A stretch of 63,621 nt of DNA, the filler included, from Octopus bimaculoides (Eukaryota): the NCBI RefSeq assembly GCF_001194135.2. It is 9 parts of 7 records of this genome, joined end to end, with 100 filler letters (N's around TTAATTAATTAA, not from the genome) between each part and the next. Parts side by side here need not be neighbours in the genome. Positions count along the whole stretch, not along the records: positions 8,459 to 28,284 come from NC_068981.1; 8 more parts are not named here. One strand, given 5' to 3'. Shown in pieces: positions 11,901-24,014 of this stretch. Each line of letters starts with the position of its first letter. The stretch's first letter is position 1. Under the pieces are notes generated by a model. That model was not told the DNA's origin. It saw nothing but the letters and a program-made list of their open reading frames with translations, and did not search any database. A program made the position numbers and the translations under genes.

Positions 11901-14900
11901 AAATTTGAAACCATTATTACAATCAAGCTAAAGGCGGTGAACTAGCCGAATCGTTAATAAGGGGGACAAAAGGCTTAGCAGCATTTCTTCCGGTTGAGTT
12001 CTGAGCCTAAATTCTCCTGAGGTCAGCTTTACCTTTTTATATTTTGGGTGTCGATAAAATAAGTAACAGTCGAATACTGAGGTCGATGTAATCGTCTACC
12101 CTCCTCTCTCAAATGTTTAGGCTTTTGCACATAGTAGAAAAGATTATTGTAATCATGGCAATTTGTTCCCTGCCATCGGCTTTTTAAATCACGAATTGCA
12201 AGTATTGTTAGCTCAGCTAATAAAGAGATCAGTCAATTATTTGCTTCTTTTCTCTTGCGTAGCTGAATCTTTGTTGAAATACGAATTTTACGTCAATTGA
12301 ATTAAGTGTTTACAATACATCTATTTTTGTATTTGATATACCATTTCTGTAAACCATTAACGCCTTATTTTCGTAAAAAGTTTGTAGTCCACTTTATATT
12401 ATTTAATGGTTCGTTGAAGAACAAATTAAACGGTTTGCTGAATAAAAAATAAAAAAGTAAGTGATTAGCTACATATCAATTTTATGGCTATATCATATTG
12501 TTGTCTCTGAATTACTTTCATATGGCAGGGAAAAATAAGAATTACAAAAGGCTATCTGTACATAAGGGAATTTAAAATTGGTTGTGTCAAAGTCAACTTT
12601 TCCTTCATGCCATGGGAAAACAATTCACTTTCTCTTCAGTTTCCCTATCTTAGATATACGTATTTAAATTTTGAACTTAAATAAGCCACAACATAAAACA
12701 GTTCTACAGCGTCATCACATCTTTTTATTCAACTCTGTTTACACATGTCATCCCCAGATTAATTATTTGATGTACATTTTTTATATTCATGAGAACAGAT
12801 AAAATTGCATGCAGAATTTTAACTTAAGAATTTCGTATCTCAACACCAATACCACGCATTTTTTAGTAGAAGAATGTAGTCAGCTGTATCGAGTCTTGGT
12901 ATGTTACTAACAATCCTAATTTTCTTAATTTAGGAGGCGTGAGAGGCGGGATTATAAACCAGGCCGAATACGGCAGAATGCCATATTGATATTTCGTTCG
13001 AAGCGCTACTAATTCTGCCATCTACATCTCATAATATTTTCTAAGATAGGTACAAAGCCAAGAATTTAAGGGTACGAGGTACAGTTGATTATATCGACAT
13101 AATATTTGACTGGCACCTTATTTTATCGAATCTGTACTGCAGGTTCTTTTAATCGTGGTTTTGAAAATTTTGTCTATTTACTGTCCTCAACAAATCCAAC
13201 AACAACAACAACAATATTAATAATAATAATAATGATGATAATAATAATAATCTTTTTTACTATGGGTACAAGGCCTGGAATTTTGTGGGAGGGGGCCTAG
13301 TCCATTACGTCGATCCCAGATCTTGACGGGTACTTATTTCATCGACTCTTAAAGGACGAAAGGCAAAGTCAACCTCGGTCACATTTGAACACAGAACGTA
13401 AAGAGAGACGAAATGCCGCTAAACATTTTAGAGTCATAAGTACTTCTCGAGCTATGCTTTCCCTCCGCCTGGACCACATGCCCCTTCTGCATTTACCACC
13501 CATGCATATTCAACTACAAACAAGATTACCAGCAAGGTGTCGATGTCGCTACCAATGTCGCTCACTGGTAATCTTGTGTTTCACTGGTCCATATATGCAG
13601 AATATGCATAACGGCCATTATATTTGCTTGCAATTTTGTCTTGCTCACGGGTCCAAAAAGCATTCCAGCCAGAGCATAGGCGTACGAGAGCTGCCTCGTT
13701 CGACGAACACGATAAGGTCCCACACGTCGATTAGAGCCTTGTTCAATATATTCTTAGAGGGCATATAAAACATCCACTTCTCTTTGGGTTGAAGGAATAT
13801 GTCAATTTCCTTCTTCCTCGTTCTTGGTAAGACACACCCCTACCAAAGAATTTTCTTACTGTCTGCGACATTTGCACAGTTGTGTGTTGTCGTCATTATT
13901 GCTAATCAAGTTGTCAAAATCGCTTTCATTCACATTGCAAACCACACTGCTTTGTTTTACGATATTTTCATCCATTTTATTCTTTCTTGTTTTACGCATA
14001 TTTTGTGCAGTTTTCAACGATTTTGTTTGCTCTTTCGGGGTGTGGGAGCGCTTATTTGCTGACATTTTGTGTTGAATGTCAGCTAACAGAAACGAAAGTT
14101 GTGTCCGAATTTTAATCAAAACTAAAGAACTTCAAATAAACTGACACACAAAAAGTCATTCAATTCGAGGGAAAAAATCATAGCGTAACCCAGAGACGAA
14201 ATCGCTGTGAAGCACGTCTCGTTACGGCAAAATCCAACAGCAATTAGAAACAGGGCCAATCATTTTGAAGAGAAGGGGTTTTAGTCGATGCAACCTTCCT
14301 CGGTCCTTGACTGGTAGTTTATTTTATAAACCCAGAAAAGATGAAAAGCAAAGTCAGCTTCGAAAGTATTTGAATCCAGAACGAAAAGTACTGGAGCAAG
14401 TACTGCAATGCACTTTTCAGATACTAACGATTCTGTTTGCTTGTTGCCTAAATGATAAAGATTTTTAATTTAGGCACATAGCCTGAAATTTTGAGCGGCG
14501 AGTTTTGGTCGGTACCACCGAATTCGGAAGTATTTGAACTCAGAACGAAAAGTGCTGGAGCAAGTACCGCAAAGCACTTTTCAGACATTCTGACGATTTT
14601 GTGAGCTCATTGCTTAAATAATAAGGCTTTTTGATTTAGGCCAGAAATTTTGTGTGACAAGTACTGGTCGGTACCACTGATCTCAGGACTTGACAGCTAT
14701 TTTATTTTGTCGACCCCAAAAGGACAAAAAGCAAAACTGACTTTGGCGGGGTTTGAACTCGGAACATAATAAGCACAGCAACAGCAACAGAAACAGCAGC
14801 AGCAGTAACAATAATAACAACAATTGTAATGATAATGACTACGACTTTGGTAATAATTATGATGATGGCAATATTATAATCATCATGATTAGTTTAAAGA

Positions 14901-16323
14901 ATGACTGAAGGTCGTAAATTTATAGGAGGAATATAGTCGATTAAATCGGTTCAGTATATTACTGGTACTATTCCATCAAGATCGGAAGTATGAAAGGTAA
15001 AGTCAGACCCGATTATATATGAATTCAAAGCATGAAAGAATGTAATAAATACCTCAAAGAACTCAGCTTTCTACAAGCAGAACGCAGCCACCATTGAATA
15101 ATAAGAATAATGATTTTAATAATGATCGGATAGGTGAGATAATCGATTAAATCGACTCAGAACTTGGCAGGCATTTAATTGATTGACACAAAAGGAAAGG
15201 AAAGCGAAATCGATTTCTAGAGGATTTTAAGTCAGAAAGTAAAGAGAAATAATTAAATGCGGCAAGGCATTTTCTCCGTTTGCCGACCTCCTCTCACATA
15301 TTAACGTTATGCGCTCACGAAATCTTGCGTTAACATGAAGTTCTGTAACACAAAATATATTTTTTTTCTTTTTGACTTTCATGCTTGTTGACTTCTGTGC
15401 GACAAGGAAATCAACAAATAGGTTTCACTCTACGGAACTCTGTTTTACGGCAAAAATTCTCAGAGGTGCAATTCCTCTGAACTTTTTACGCTTGCATTTC
15501 TAATGCCTTTTGGAAAAGCATGAATGTCACAACATCGAAATCACTTCCATTATAATTCAGTATCAAATCTCTAATTAAAAATAAAGTTATCAGTAATTTT
15601 ATTTCATAATAAAATCTATGACGTAAGTATAGACTTCTCCTTGTGATTACAGTTTTTCCTTTATCTAGGTTCACAGGATGTATCAAATATACCACATCTG
15701 TTGATATACATCTATACTGATCTTATTAATCTAATGTATTTTACTGCAAGAAATATACGCACGCGCACGCACACACACACACACACATACATAAAAAACA
15801 CACATAAACACATAGTGATACTGGAATATCATTAGATTATCGCATCACGTTGCAATTGAAGTACCATCATACTATCATACGTTGCCTTTGAAGTACCGTT
15901 ACATTGTATATCATGACTGTACTGAAGTATCACCAGATTGCCATATGTTGATATTGAAGTATCATTTGGATTCTTCATATAGAGTAAATAGTTTATCGAA
16001 ATAATCTTCGATATAAATATTTCGTTTTTGGATTTAGTTTGCAAGATTCTTTATGTGAGTTCGTGTGTTGAAGCATATTCTGTTGTGTCTGGGGAGATTC
16101 ATTTTCTTTTTGTGCGTTATAATTTTACACATTCACCGGTAAAATTTCCATTTATTCCTTATTTTTATTTTCCTAAAATTTTCGTTGTCTTGCAACCTTT
16201 TCAATAGTCTTGACTCTGTCCGTTATTTACACTGCGTTCCTTCTTGTTTGTTTGTGCGCATGTGTATGGGTCAGTGTGTATGTGTGTGTGTGTGTGTGTG
16301 CCTATGTATGTATGCATGCATGC

Positions 16324-16356
<33 letters not shown>

Positions 16357-17698
16357 TGTATGTATGCATGTGTGCGTATGTATTATATGTGTGTGTATGC
16401 ATATGTATATATGTATGTATGTGTGTGCATCTGTATGTATGTATTCTGCNNNNNNNNNNNNNNNNNNNNNTGTGTATTTTTTATGTATGTGTGTGAGCGT
16501 GTGTTTGTATATATATGCACCTCTGTCTCCTTGTATGTACATGTGTGTGTGTTTTGCAACTATGTACCATGTTTGTATTATGGATGTGCATCTCCATATG
16601 TGTGGACATGTGTCTCCATATGTGTCCTTGTGTGAAGTAAAGTGTGTGTGTATATATGGTCATGTGTCTCCATTTGCGTATGTGTGCTTGTCTATTCATA
16701 TAACCTATGTACCTATCCGTCTGTATGTTGATCTGTTTTTTTTTTCATATCCATATGCTTATATACATGTGCATATACACATATATACCCACACACGCAC
16801 ATGCATACATCTATCTACATAACAGCCCACTAACTATTCTACTCTACCTGTGTAAACTTTGGGTATGGAGGTATGATATTTACTATGTATATTTCTTATT
16901 TAGTATTGGAGAAGTTTCATTTATAAGGATGTAATCCCGTATTTGTCTGAGTGTTGGGTCTTTTGGGTGCTTGGATAAGATGCGGATGTCAAGTTGACAC
17001 AAGTTGCCTCCATGGTGGTCTTTGGGTTGTTGGTAGAGTATGGAGGACTTTTTTTTGTCGTCATATTGTCTCAGATGTTCATTTAATCGTTCCGCAATGC
17101 TCCTAGATGTCTCCTCTATGTACGTCATGTTCATGTCTTTACAAGCACCTTCTATGCATCTTATGCTGTAAACTACATTTCGATATAAAATTAAATCTTA
17201 TTATTTTTAACATTAGATGTCATGTTAAAACTGATGATAAGGATATGATGAAGTTTCTTTCAGTATGCTAATCCCATTTTTACCAAATAGCATACCCATT
17301 ACAACATTATTATACGCACTTCCGTTCTTTTTAAACAAGTGAGTATAAGTTGATGGTGATTTGGCTGTTAATTCTAGCAGGTAGAGTGAACTCGGAGAGA
17401 ATTACTTGTTAGTTTGAATTGAAGGGAAATTAAGATTTTACAGAGGGATTGTGGTGGGTTGGAAAAAATCGGACCAAATGCTTTGCATTTTATATTCCAA
17501 GTCCAAATTCCGCCGTGGCCAGCTTAACCTTTCATCCTTTCAGAGTCAATAGTATTAAATACCAATCAAGCACTAGTATCAATATGATATCCCTCCACTA
17601 AATTTATGTCCTTACACCTGTTTTAGGAATTTATATTTTTACAGAAGTACAAGGCTTAGATTTATTAGAAAAAGATAACGTGTGATCGTGGGATGTTC

Positions 17699-17745
<47 letters not shown>

Positions 17746-18559
17746 AGAAGGGAAAAGCAATCACGGGTTAGATTTAGAAACCAACCTCTACGTCATTTAA
17801 GAACACTCTATCAAGAAAAATTGTTAACAGCAACACTGTCAGGGGTTTTCACAATATTAGCAAAGTTCAATTAAACTGTCAATCAAATATGTCAGCCAGT
17901 CTAACGATATCCTATTGATTTCCAATGTGCAATATGAGCACAGCAATTCCTCAGTTTATTAATGCATTGGAAGGAAAGAATCAGATGAGTACCGGACAGG
18001 ATATCATATAATATTTAGTAACATCATTTTACGTTATAGACCCACGTTCTGCCGTCTTTACGTTAGGAGTTCAAATCTGCCGTTCATCATTACGGGTCGA
18101 AAAAATAAGTATTACTTGAGTATTGGAGTCAGTGAAATAGACATAGAACCCTTCCCTAAAATTGCTGGTCTTGTGCCAAAATTTGAAATCATTATTATAA
18201 TCATGCTAAAGGTGGTGAGCTGGCGGAATCGTTAGCGTGTCGAACAAAATGCTTAACGGCATTTCCTCTGGTTGAGATATGCTGACGCTTTAGAACTGTT
18301 TTATGTTGCGGTATATTGAAGTTCAAAATTTAAATACTTACATTTAAGATAGGGAAACTGAAGAGAAAGTGGATTGTTTTCCCATGGCATGAAGGAAACG
18401 TCCTCGCCTTTTCGATAATTGGAAAAGTTCTCGCCTTCGATAACAAAAGCTGCTTATCGAGTTTTGGGGGTTGATTTATTTAACTGTTATCACTATAAAT
18501 TGGTGGCTTAGTACCAATGCTCAAAAGTAATATCACACACACACACATACATACATACA

Positions 18560-18591
<32 letters not shown>

Positions 18592-19153
18592 CCAGTCACA
18601 TTACGTGACACCAGGGATAAGTGTCTTTTAGTATAGCCCGGGGCCAACCAAAGACTTATGAGTGGATTTGGTAGACGGAAATTGAAAGAAGCTCTTTGTA
18701 TATATATGTAAACACCAATGTATGTGTGTCTTTGTATTTGCATTTGACTCCCATCACAGCAGTGATGGTTTATTTACGTCCACATACAGTTGTGATCGGC
18801 AAAATGAGACCGGAAGAATAAGTACAGAGATTTAAAAAATGTACTGAGGTTGATTTGGTTGACTATTCTCTTTAAGGTGGTGCCCCAGCATGATCGCAGT
18901 GCAGTGACTGAAATAAGTAAAAGATAAAAGAAATGCATATAGATTATATGTACGAGGAGGTACTGAAAAGTTTCCGGCTTTAAGGGTGTCACGAAAGGCC
19001 CGGTTGAGGGCTCAACCTTCTGAGGGCTCAACCTCGCAGGGCTTAGAAAAACTGAAGTACCGCCGCAATACGTGCGTGAATCTGAGAGGAGTATATGTTG
19101 AATAACTAACTGATCCTCCTGTATTTTCTTTTATCCAAAGCCAGGAACTTTTC

Positions 19154-19197
<44 letters not shown>

Positions 19198-19238
19198 GTA
19201 TATATATACACACGCACACACAAATACACACACATTGT

Positions 19239-19276
<38 letters not shown>

Positions 19277-22200
19277 CTATACACACACATAAATAATTTT
19301 TGTTACATTAATCATTTAAATGTTCGTGAATTTCTCCTACAATTTTGGATGTATCTACGTCTTTACTAAGCAACTCGTGGGTGTTCTCTACAGGCTAAAG
19401 AATTACGAGTTCTAAAAGAATTATCTGTAATCTGACACTTAATTTGCTTTGCTGTTCGGAAATGTTTTGAAAAATATCCTGAAAATAAAACTTAATAAAC
19501 TTCCAGATAAGCATATTCGTTTGGAAATCTAGCTACAAGTCATTCTTTGAAATTTATATAACCTCATAATGTAATGTGTTTGTTATAATGTAGAAAAGAA
19601 CGCTATAAATTTAACAGAATGAGTAGTTATGGATTTATTAAAAGCTATAAACTATAAAGTTTTAAAAACATCGAAGAAAAAGAATATTATTAATAAAATA
19701 AGAAAGGAAGTCTTAAAATTGATATCAAGACATATTCCGTATCATTAAGGATAATGAAAGGAAATATATAATAGGAAAAGTCTTAAAATAGTTATTAATA
19801 CACTACCTACCTTCAGTTGTGATAGTTTCCAGCGTTGCTATCTTTTTAAGGCCACCAACGAATTACTAATATTAAATTATTTATCTTGAAACATTGCTTA
19901 TATAACAACATTCAGTTGTTAACTTTAATGTCGTTTGAATTAAGTTTGCGTATTTGTGAGTTGGTGCTTTGCTGACAAACAATAAAAATAGCATACTTTA
20001 AATCCCATTTAGAATATAAGATATGAAAACACTTGTGTTTTTCGAAATCTAACTGTTTACATATAAAACTAATTATATAGTCTTCAGTGAACATTCTAAT
20101 TCAATATTTAAATAAGTGAAATAAATCGATCACTAAATATTTTATAACAGTTAGACAACAGACTCTTAGTTCGCTCAACATTTATTACCTCTCGCCCCCT
20201 CTCTCACTTTTTTATATTTACTGATTAACTTGCTACTCTGCCTATCCTGTTATCGATCATCCCGAACTCTATCTCTGATACACACACACACACACACACG
20301 CGCGCGTGCACACACACATAAGCGTGCACACACACATACGCGTGCACACACATATACGCGTGCACATACACATACGCGCACACACACATACGCGTGCACA
20401 CAAACACACACACACACACATACACGCACACTCTCTCTCTCTCTCCCTCTCTCTCGTCCAATGCTACTAGCTTTAATGCAGCTTCTTGTCCTAACTCGAT
20501 CCTGGTTCATTTACAGTAGGTGTTTTTAGGTGATAATGATACGTAATTCCCAGTAACTATGAAGTTCAAGTAATTAATGTTTAAGTGTCATCACTAATAT
20601 ACTTGTAAGTCGTGAATTTTATTCTATTTAATTGATCTATGCGTTCTAAGATGACGGTACAAGCCTATTTATCTAAAAGTATCCTAGCGACGTGGAAGTG
20701 AGAATAGGAATGAAGCCGGGTCTAAGAGAACTTGTTGAGTTGCTTCCCTCCATCGACGGCTTCTTATGTCAAACCTTATATTTATAGTTACTTTCAAAGA
20801 TACCGCGCCTAATGTCGTACTTTCTCCTTTAGAGTGGACGATCAAATGCATCAATCATCCACGGGGAAACGCTAATAGGGGATCCCGGGTCGAGTTGTTA
20901 CACAGGTAAGTTGTTACAAGCCAATTGTTTCCAGCTTCAAGAAATAGGTGGCACTCGGGTCTCTACCTGAAGGCCAGCTCCATAGCATCATGACTGCACA
21001 TTTGTATTGCACTGGTGGGCTGTCACTAGGAAAGGTATAGCTCAAACGTATGATTTTTTACTCCAAAAGTGAAATTTTGCCACAAAGTTATTTTCTTAAC
21101 TACTAAAGCACAAATGGTGTTACTGAAGTAGTTTGTGGTTCATCAGGAAGTGTTGGAAGTTGCCTTCGATACATGAAGGTGTGTCCTTGATGCCATGCAT
21201 TGCTGGTGCTGTGTACGAGGTAATCCTCAGAAATCCATGGTCGGGGCTAATTGTTACAGTGTATCAACTTACCCCAGGCATGTAACAACTTACCTCTTCT
21301 ATTTCAGTTTAACACGCCATGCCTAGAAATTACAAAAGGAAGACTACAAGGGGTGGGGGATACCCCTCCTTATGTCATGGAAAGAGCCGCCAGAAAAGTT
21401 GTGGATGAAAAGAAATCATTACGGGATGTTGCCGTAAAACAGCGCATAGTGGATGAAATAAACGAACGGAAATCCAAACCAAAGAAGGCAACTGGTACAG
21501 AAAAGGCAACAAAGGGGAAGAGAAAGTAAAGTAAACCAGGTAAAGGCAAAGGGAAGCAGCCTCGCTGTAAGCAAGTCACCGATTGGGAATGCCTTGCCTG
21601 CTCAGATTTGTATTCCAACTCCCTTCCTGGTGCATGGACGACAGGACTTTCTGTGTGATCTGTGTGGTGAGGAGTTAATGGAGGACGATTCTGACTAGAT
21701 GGCACATGTAACAATGGGGAAATTGGCTGATGAGGACTCTCAGTATCCCAGTTAGGATATTAGGTGGTTCAAAGCACAGTTAATAATACTTCCTAGATGC
21801 AAGAAGCAAGAGATGTATTCATTTTAAACTTGTTTGTTAACACCCCGCACTCGGGGAAAATTGTTACAGCTGACACCACCTTATTAATTAGAACCTGTCT
21901 AATTAATGTTATGCAATTTCTGTTATTTTGCTGGTGATAACAATAAATAGAGATCTTTTACTAATTAAATCTGAAAAGAAACTTTAGCTGTGTTTATTTA
22001 TGTGGGTGCCAAGACAAAAAAAATGAAAACATGTAACAACTAGACCCGGTCTCCCCTATTAAAGTTTTGAATTCAGGGCACCAGAAAGGTATTATCTTTG
22101 AATAGATGATGCAGATTATATAGCCTCTCTCTGTTCATTGGTGTTCTAATCGCAAGAAAAACTCAACGTTTAGTCTTCTGCCTTAGTACCAAGTTCCACC

Positions 22201-24014
22201 AGGAGAATCTTTTTCATAGACCTGGTCAGGTTTAAATGGCTATTTCTGTTTCCACAGCACAAATTTTCCTAAATTCTCCTTTTTCACGCCACCAGAAAAC
22301 ATAGAGACTGTATTAGTAGTTTTATCTGCAGTACAAAGAGTTACCAAGTGCGAAATCTCCGGCCGTTTGATGAACGGTCTTGACGGTGTCTCTAATATTA
22401 GGCGGCGAGCTGGCAGAATTGTTAGCACGCCGGACGAAATGATTAGCGGTATTTCGACCATCGTTACGTTCTGAGTTCAAATTCCGCGAGGTCGACTTTG
22501 CCTTTCATCCTTTCGGGATCGATAAATTAAGTACCAGTGAAACACTGGGGTCGTTGTAATCGACTAGTCCCCACGCCTCAAATTTCAGGCCTTGTGCTTT
22601 GAATAGAAAAAACCCCGATTATCATTAAATAGTGCGATACAGAACTAACTTCTAACCGTACCTAACTAATATTTATCACGTTACAGTATTCTAATCTGAA
22701 ATTTATCTTAATATTTGAAAGCATGTCATAGTGAGCTCCATACCCATGAGGACAATCATTCTCACTTTGCTAACACGAACAATTACTGCTGTTCCCCAAA
22801 CCCCCAAATCGATGAAAACACTTATAAGTAATCATCTTTGTCGATGGTATTAGGTCTCTCATTTTTCATTAGTTGGCTTTGTGGATCTAGATCAACTTGT
22901 CATGTCGTTCACCAATGGTTGTCTTTTTCATACGAGAACTGCGGTATAAAATAATGTTGCACTCGAACATCAGTAGACGGTGTCTGGTATTAGACCCCTT
23001 TATCCAAGTTGCTCGCTTATAGCTCAAACATATCTCACATGTAATCAATCGGAACACCATTATACCATGTGCTTCTGAGAGCTCAAACTGAACCGTAATT
23101 TATTGACTCTGGTGTATCCTAAGATGTGTTAATTCTCCCACACTCTTAATTCTGACCATTTGAACTACTTTCTGTTATTTCTAACAAGATATTCTTCTGC
23201 ACAGATGTACGAAGGCATAATCCAAGTTAAATATACCCTACGTCTAATCTATACTTGCCTTTATGAACAGAAATTTCGGAAACATCCGCTAAGGGAGACA
23301 ATATAATACAGTTACTTTCAACAAAACGAATACACTATCACTATACATATCAAGGAAACTGTCGTCTAACTGAGCCTCTCTACAAATAAGCAGCACAATT
23401 TCTTAAAATCTCTACAAATACTTGACGTCATGATATCAGATAATTTCTCATATGTATAGAATCGCCAAAATTACGCCTCTATTTTAATGGTCAGAAAATA
23501 ATTTTTCTTTGAGGAGTCACTGGCCCTCTACAAAGATCAGGTACGATACACGTATTTATGGACGGTTCTCCTGTTACACAAACAAATATCCAATATCTCA
23601 TCCAAAAGAAAGCGAACCAGCAAATTGACACAGATTCGATCCCCAACAACCTAAAACAACTTGGCTCACAGATGCACTGTTTCTTCTCACCGTCTCGTCT
23701 ACTACTGCTGCTTTTCCAGACTAGCAAGCTACCTTCACTGAAGACAATCTAATCGTATATCTTACTGTCTTCTCCCTCGATTTCACACGAAATATACCTG
23801 TCGCTTTCTTTCCTAGATAGATATGGAATCCTCTCCTCTCTCTCGTATTTCTTGCAAACATTGACCTAAAGTGTTCAAATTGGATATCATCTATATCAAA
23901 ACGTTTCACCAGTCTCGGGGAATATACAAAGGACACAGGGACTGCTCTCTTCTCACTGACAATTTGAAACAATGTAAATAGAAGAAATATGTCTAAATGT
24001 TTTTTTATCACCAT
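1340..24014 (-). CDS. Nrg: L1/neuroglian-like Ig-superfamily cell adhesion molecule, 5' part (spliced: 24014-23957, 8041-7936, 5798-5425, 2803-2675, 1442-1340; continues beyond position 1)
   Basis: Manual splicing at GT-AG sites with matching phases (1,2,1,1, then 2) gives [60 protein letters not shown]...[29 protein letters not shown]...[18 protein letters not shown]...[20 protein letters not shown]...YVCVASN...-EQPKD...[12 protein letters not shown]. The Ig1/Ig2/Ig3 motifs (GxYQCFAxNxxGxAxS, CxxPxxxPxxxVxW, xNLxFxNV, CIFGG) match the L1/neuroglian family from memory. Exact orthology versus a paralogue is not established. Confidence 0.85.
2360..2420 (-). ncRNA. Degenerate minimal type I hammerhead motif (G8 to A)
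   Basis: AATAA-CTGACAA-GGTGCCAG [14 nt] CTGACATC-c-GAAA-CTTGGAG-TT-TTATT. Confidence 0.45.
2675..2803 (-). CDS. Exon encoding the second half of Ig2 ([43 protein letters not shown])
   Basis: Acceptor ctctttctctttcAG, donor G|GTGAG, 129 nt, phase 1-1. Supplies the second Ig2 cysteine. Confidence 0.92.
4691..5225 (+). mobile_element. tRNA-headed SINE with an internal hammerhead-like motif, interrupted by a Dong-like fragment
   Basis: A/B-box-like head ATGGTTAAG...GTTCAATTCC (4691-4750), then (TAA)n, then a body with CTGATGA at 5095. Collinear with the copy at 44015-44277. Confidence 0.7.
4789..5005 (+). mobile_element. 5'-truncated 3' end of an R4/Dong-like non-LTR retrotransposon
   Basis: 4789-4905 translates [38 protein letters not shown], the QKxALLGTAxxLR C-terminus of R4/Dong proteins. 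It is followed by about 100 bp of 3' UTR, with (TAA)n on both sides. Confidence 0.8.
5425..5798 (-). CDS. Exon encoding the second half of Ig1 and first part of Ig2
   Basis: Acceptor ctctcctacaaccAG, donor G|GTCAGT, 374 nt (1+124x3+1). Lies inside ORF 5324-5980 and carries the DAGIYQC I-set motif. Confidence 0.95.
6150..6371 (-). mobile_element. Retroposon family D copy (3' end)
   Basis: ATCATCATCG TTTAACGTCC.CTTTCCATGCTAGCATGG...GGATGCCCTTCCTAACGCCAACCA, then the start of the array unit before a gap. Confidence 0.8.
7245..7600 (-). mobile_element. Penelope-like element fragment, GIY-YIG endonuclease C-terminus
   Basis: In frame from 7598: [20 protein letters not shown]...[11 protein letters not shown]...ISWKIL...[11 protein letters not shown]...NILSSRVEV...CLHFRKF. 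Confidence 0.8.
7936..8041 (-). CDS. Exon encoding the first half of Ig1 ([34 protein letters not shown])
   Basis: Acceptor ctctttctgttacAG, donor AC|GTATGT, 106 nt (2+34x3+2). Contains CxAxGxPxP, and AC+G=Thr joins YTWKK. Confidence 0.92.
11525..12150 (+). mobile_element. Tandem array of about three SINE family A units
   Basis: Heads at about 11709 and 11932 plus a partial unit before them, with similar ATTATT.AATCA spacers. Confidence 0.7.
13250..13440 (-). mobile_element. SINE family A copy; further degenerate minus-strand copies at about 12900-13130, 14260-14770 and 14910-15290
   Basis: Reverse complement of the family body (GGTACTTATTT.ATCGAC...GAAAGGCAAAGTC.ACCTCGG). Confidence 0.7.
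16883..17180 (-). mobile_element. Penelope-like element fragment, GIY-YIG endonuclease
   Basis: [11 protein letters not shown]...[17 protein letters not shown]...[20 protein letters not shown], in frame with ORF 16883-17134. Confidence 0.8.
18951..19154 (+). mobile_element. mariner-derived MITE
   Basis: Left end TACGAGGAGGTACTGAAAAGTTTCCGGCTTT, right end AAAGCCAGGAACTTTTCA (inverted, truncated by (TA)n), and an internal remnant resembling the CVNLRGxYVE* mariner C-terminus. Confidence 0.7.
20878..22056 (+). mobile_element. pogo/Fot1-like (Tc1-mariner superfamily) DNA transposon, internal-deletion derivative
   Basis: 25-bp TIRs GGGGATCCCGGGTCGAGTTGTTACA / revcomp GGGGAGACCGGGTCTAGTTGTTACA (3 mismatches) flanked by TA. 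ATG at 21319 gives MPRNYKRKT...[19 protein letters not shown] (HTH-like), joined to a Lys-rich segment and a [13 protein letters not shown]...CDLC PHD-like remnant. Confidence 0.8.
22401..22612 (+). mobile_element. tRNA-derived SINE family A, near full length
   Basis: GGCGGCGAGCTGGCAGAA head (A box), GAGTTCAAATTCC (B box), and a conserved body GCCTTTCATCCTTTCGG..GATAAA..AAGTACCAGT. More than 15 related copies in the window. Confidence 0.85.
22900..23930 (+). mobile_element. Degenerate 3' part of a CR1/L2-group LINE ORF2
   Basis: Across frameshifts: [26 protein letters not shown]-like, [23 protein letters not shown], i.e. the LYKxQVRP...SFFPRT..WN.LP RT tail. The 5' boundary is uncertain. Confidence 0.6.
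23957..24014 (-). CDS. First coding exon, signal peptide [19 protein letters not shown](S); the whole exon is 24023-23957
   Basis: Acceptor ttatacttttAG precedes 24023, ATG at 24014, basic n-region plus hydrophobic h-region, donor A|GTGAGA at 23956. Phase 1 joins the 8041 exon (A+GT=Ser). Confidence 0.7.

Noticed and set aside
23540-23600. IHVFMDGS as an RNase H start
   Set aside because: Downstream residues do not fit RNase H, and the segment is explained by the CR1-type RT tail (YLWDGSP-like).
23721-23956. Remainder of ORF 23721-24014 as a protein-coding extension
   Set aside because: It lies beyond the GTGAGA donor and is antisense to a CR1-like LINE remnant.
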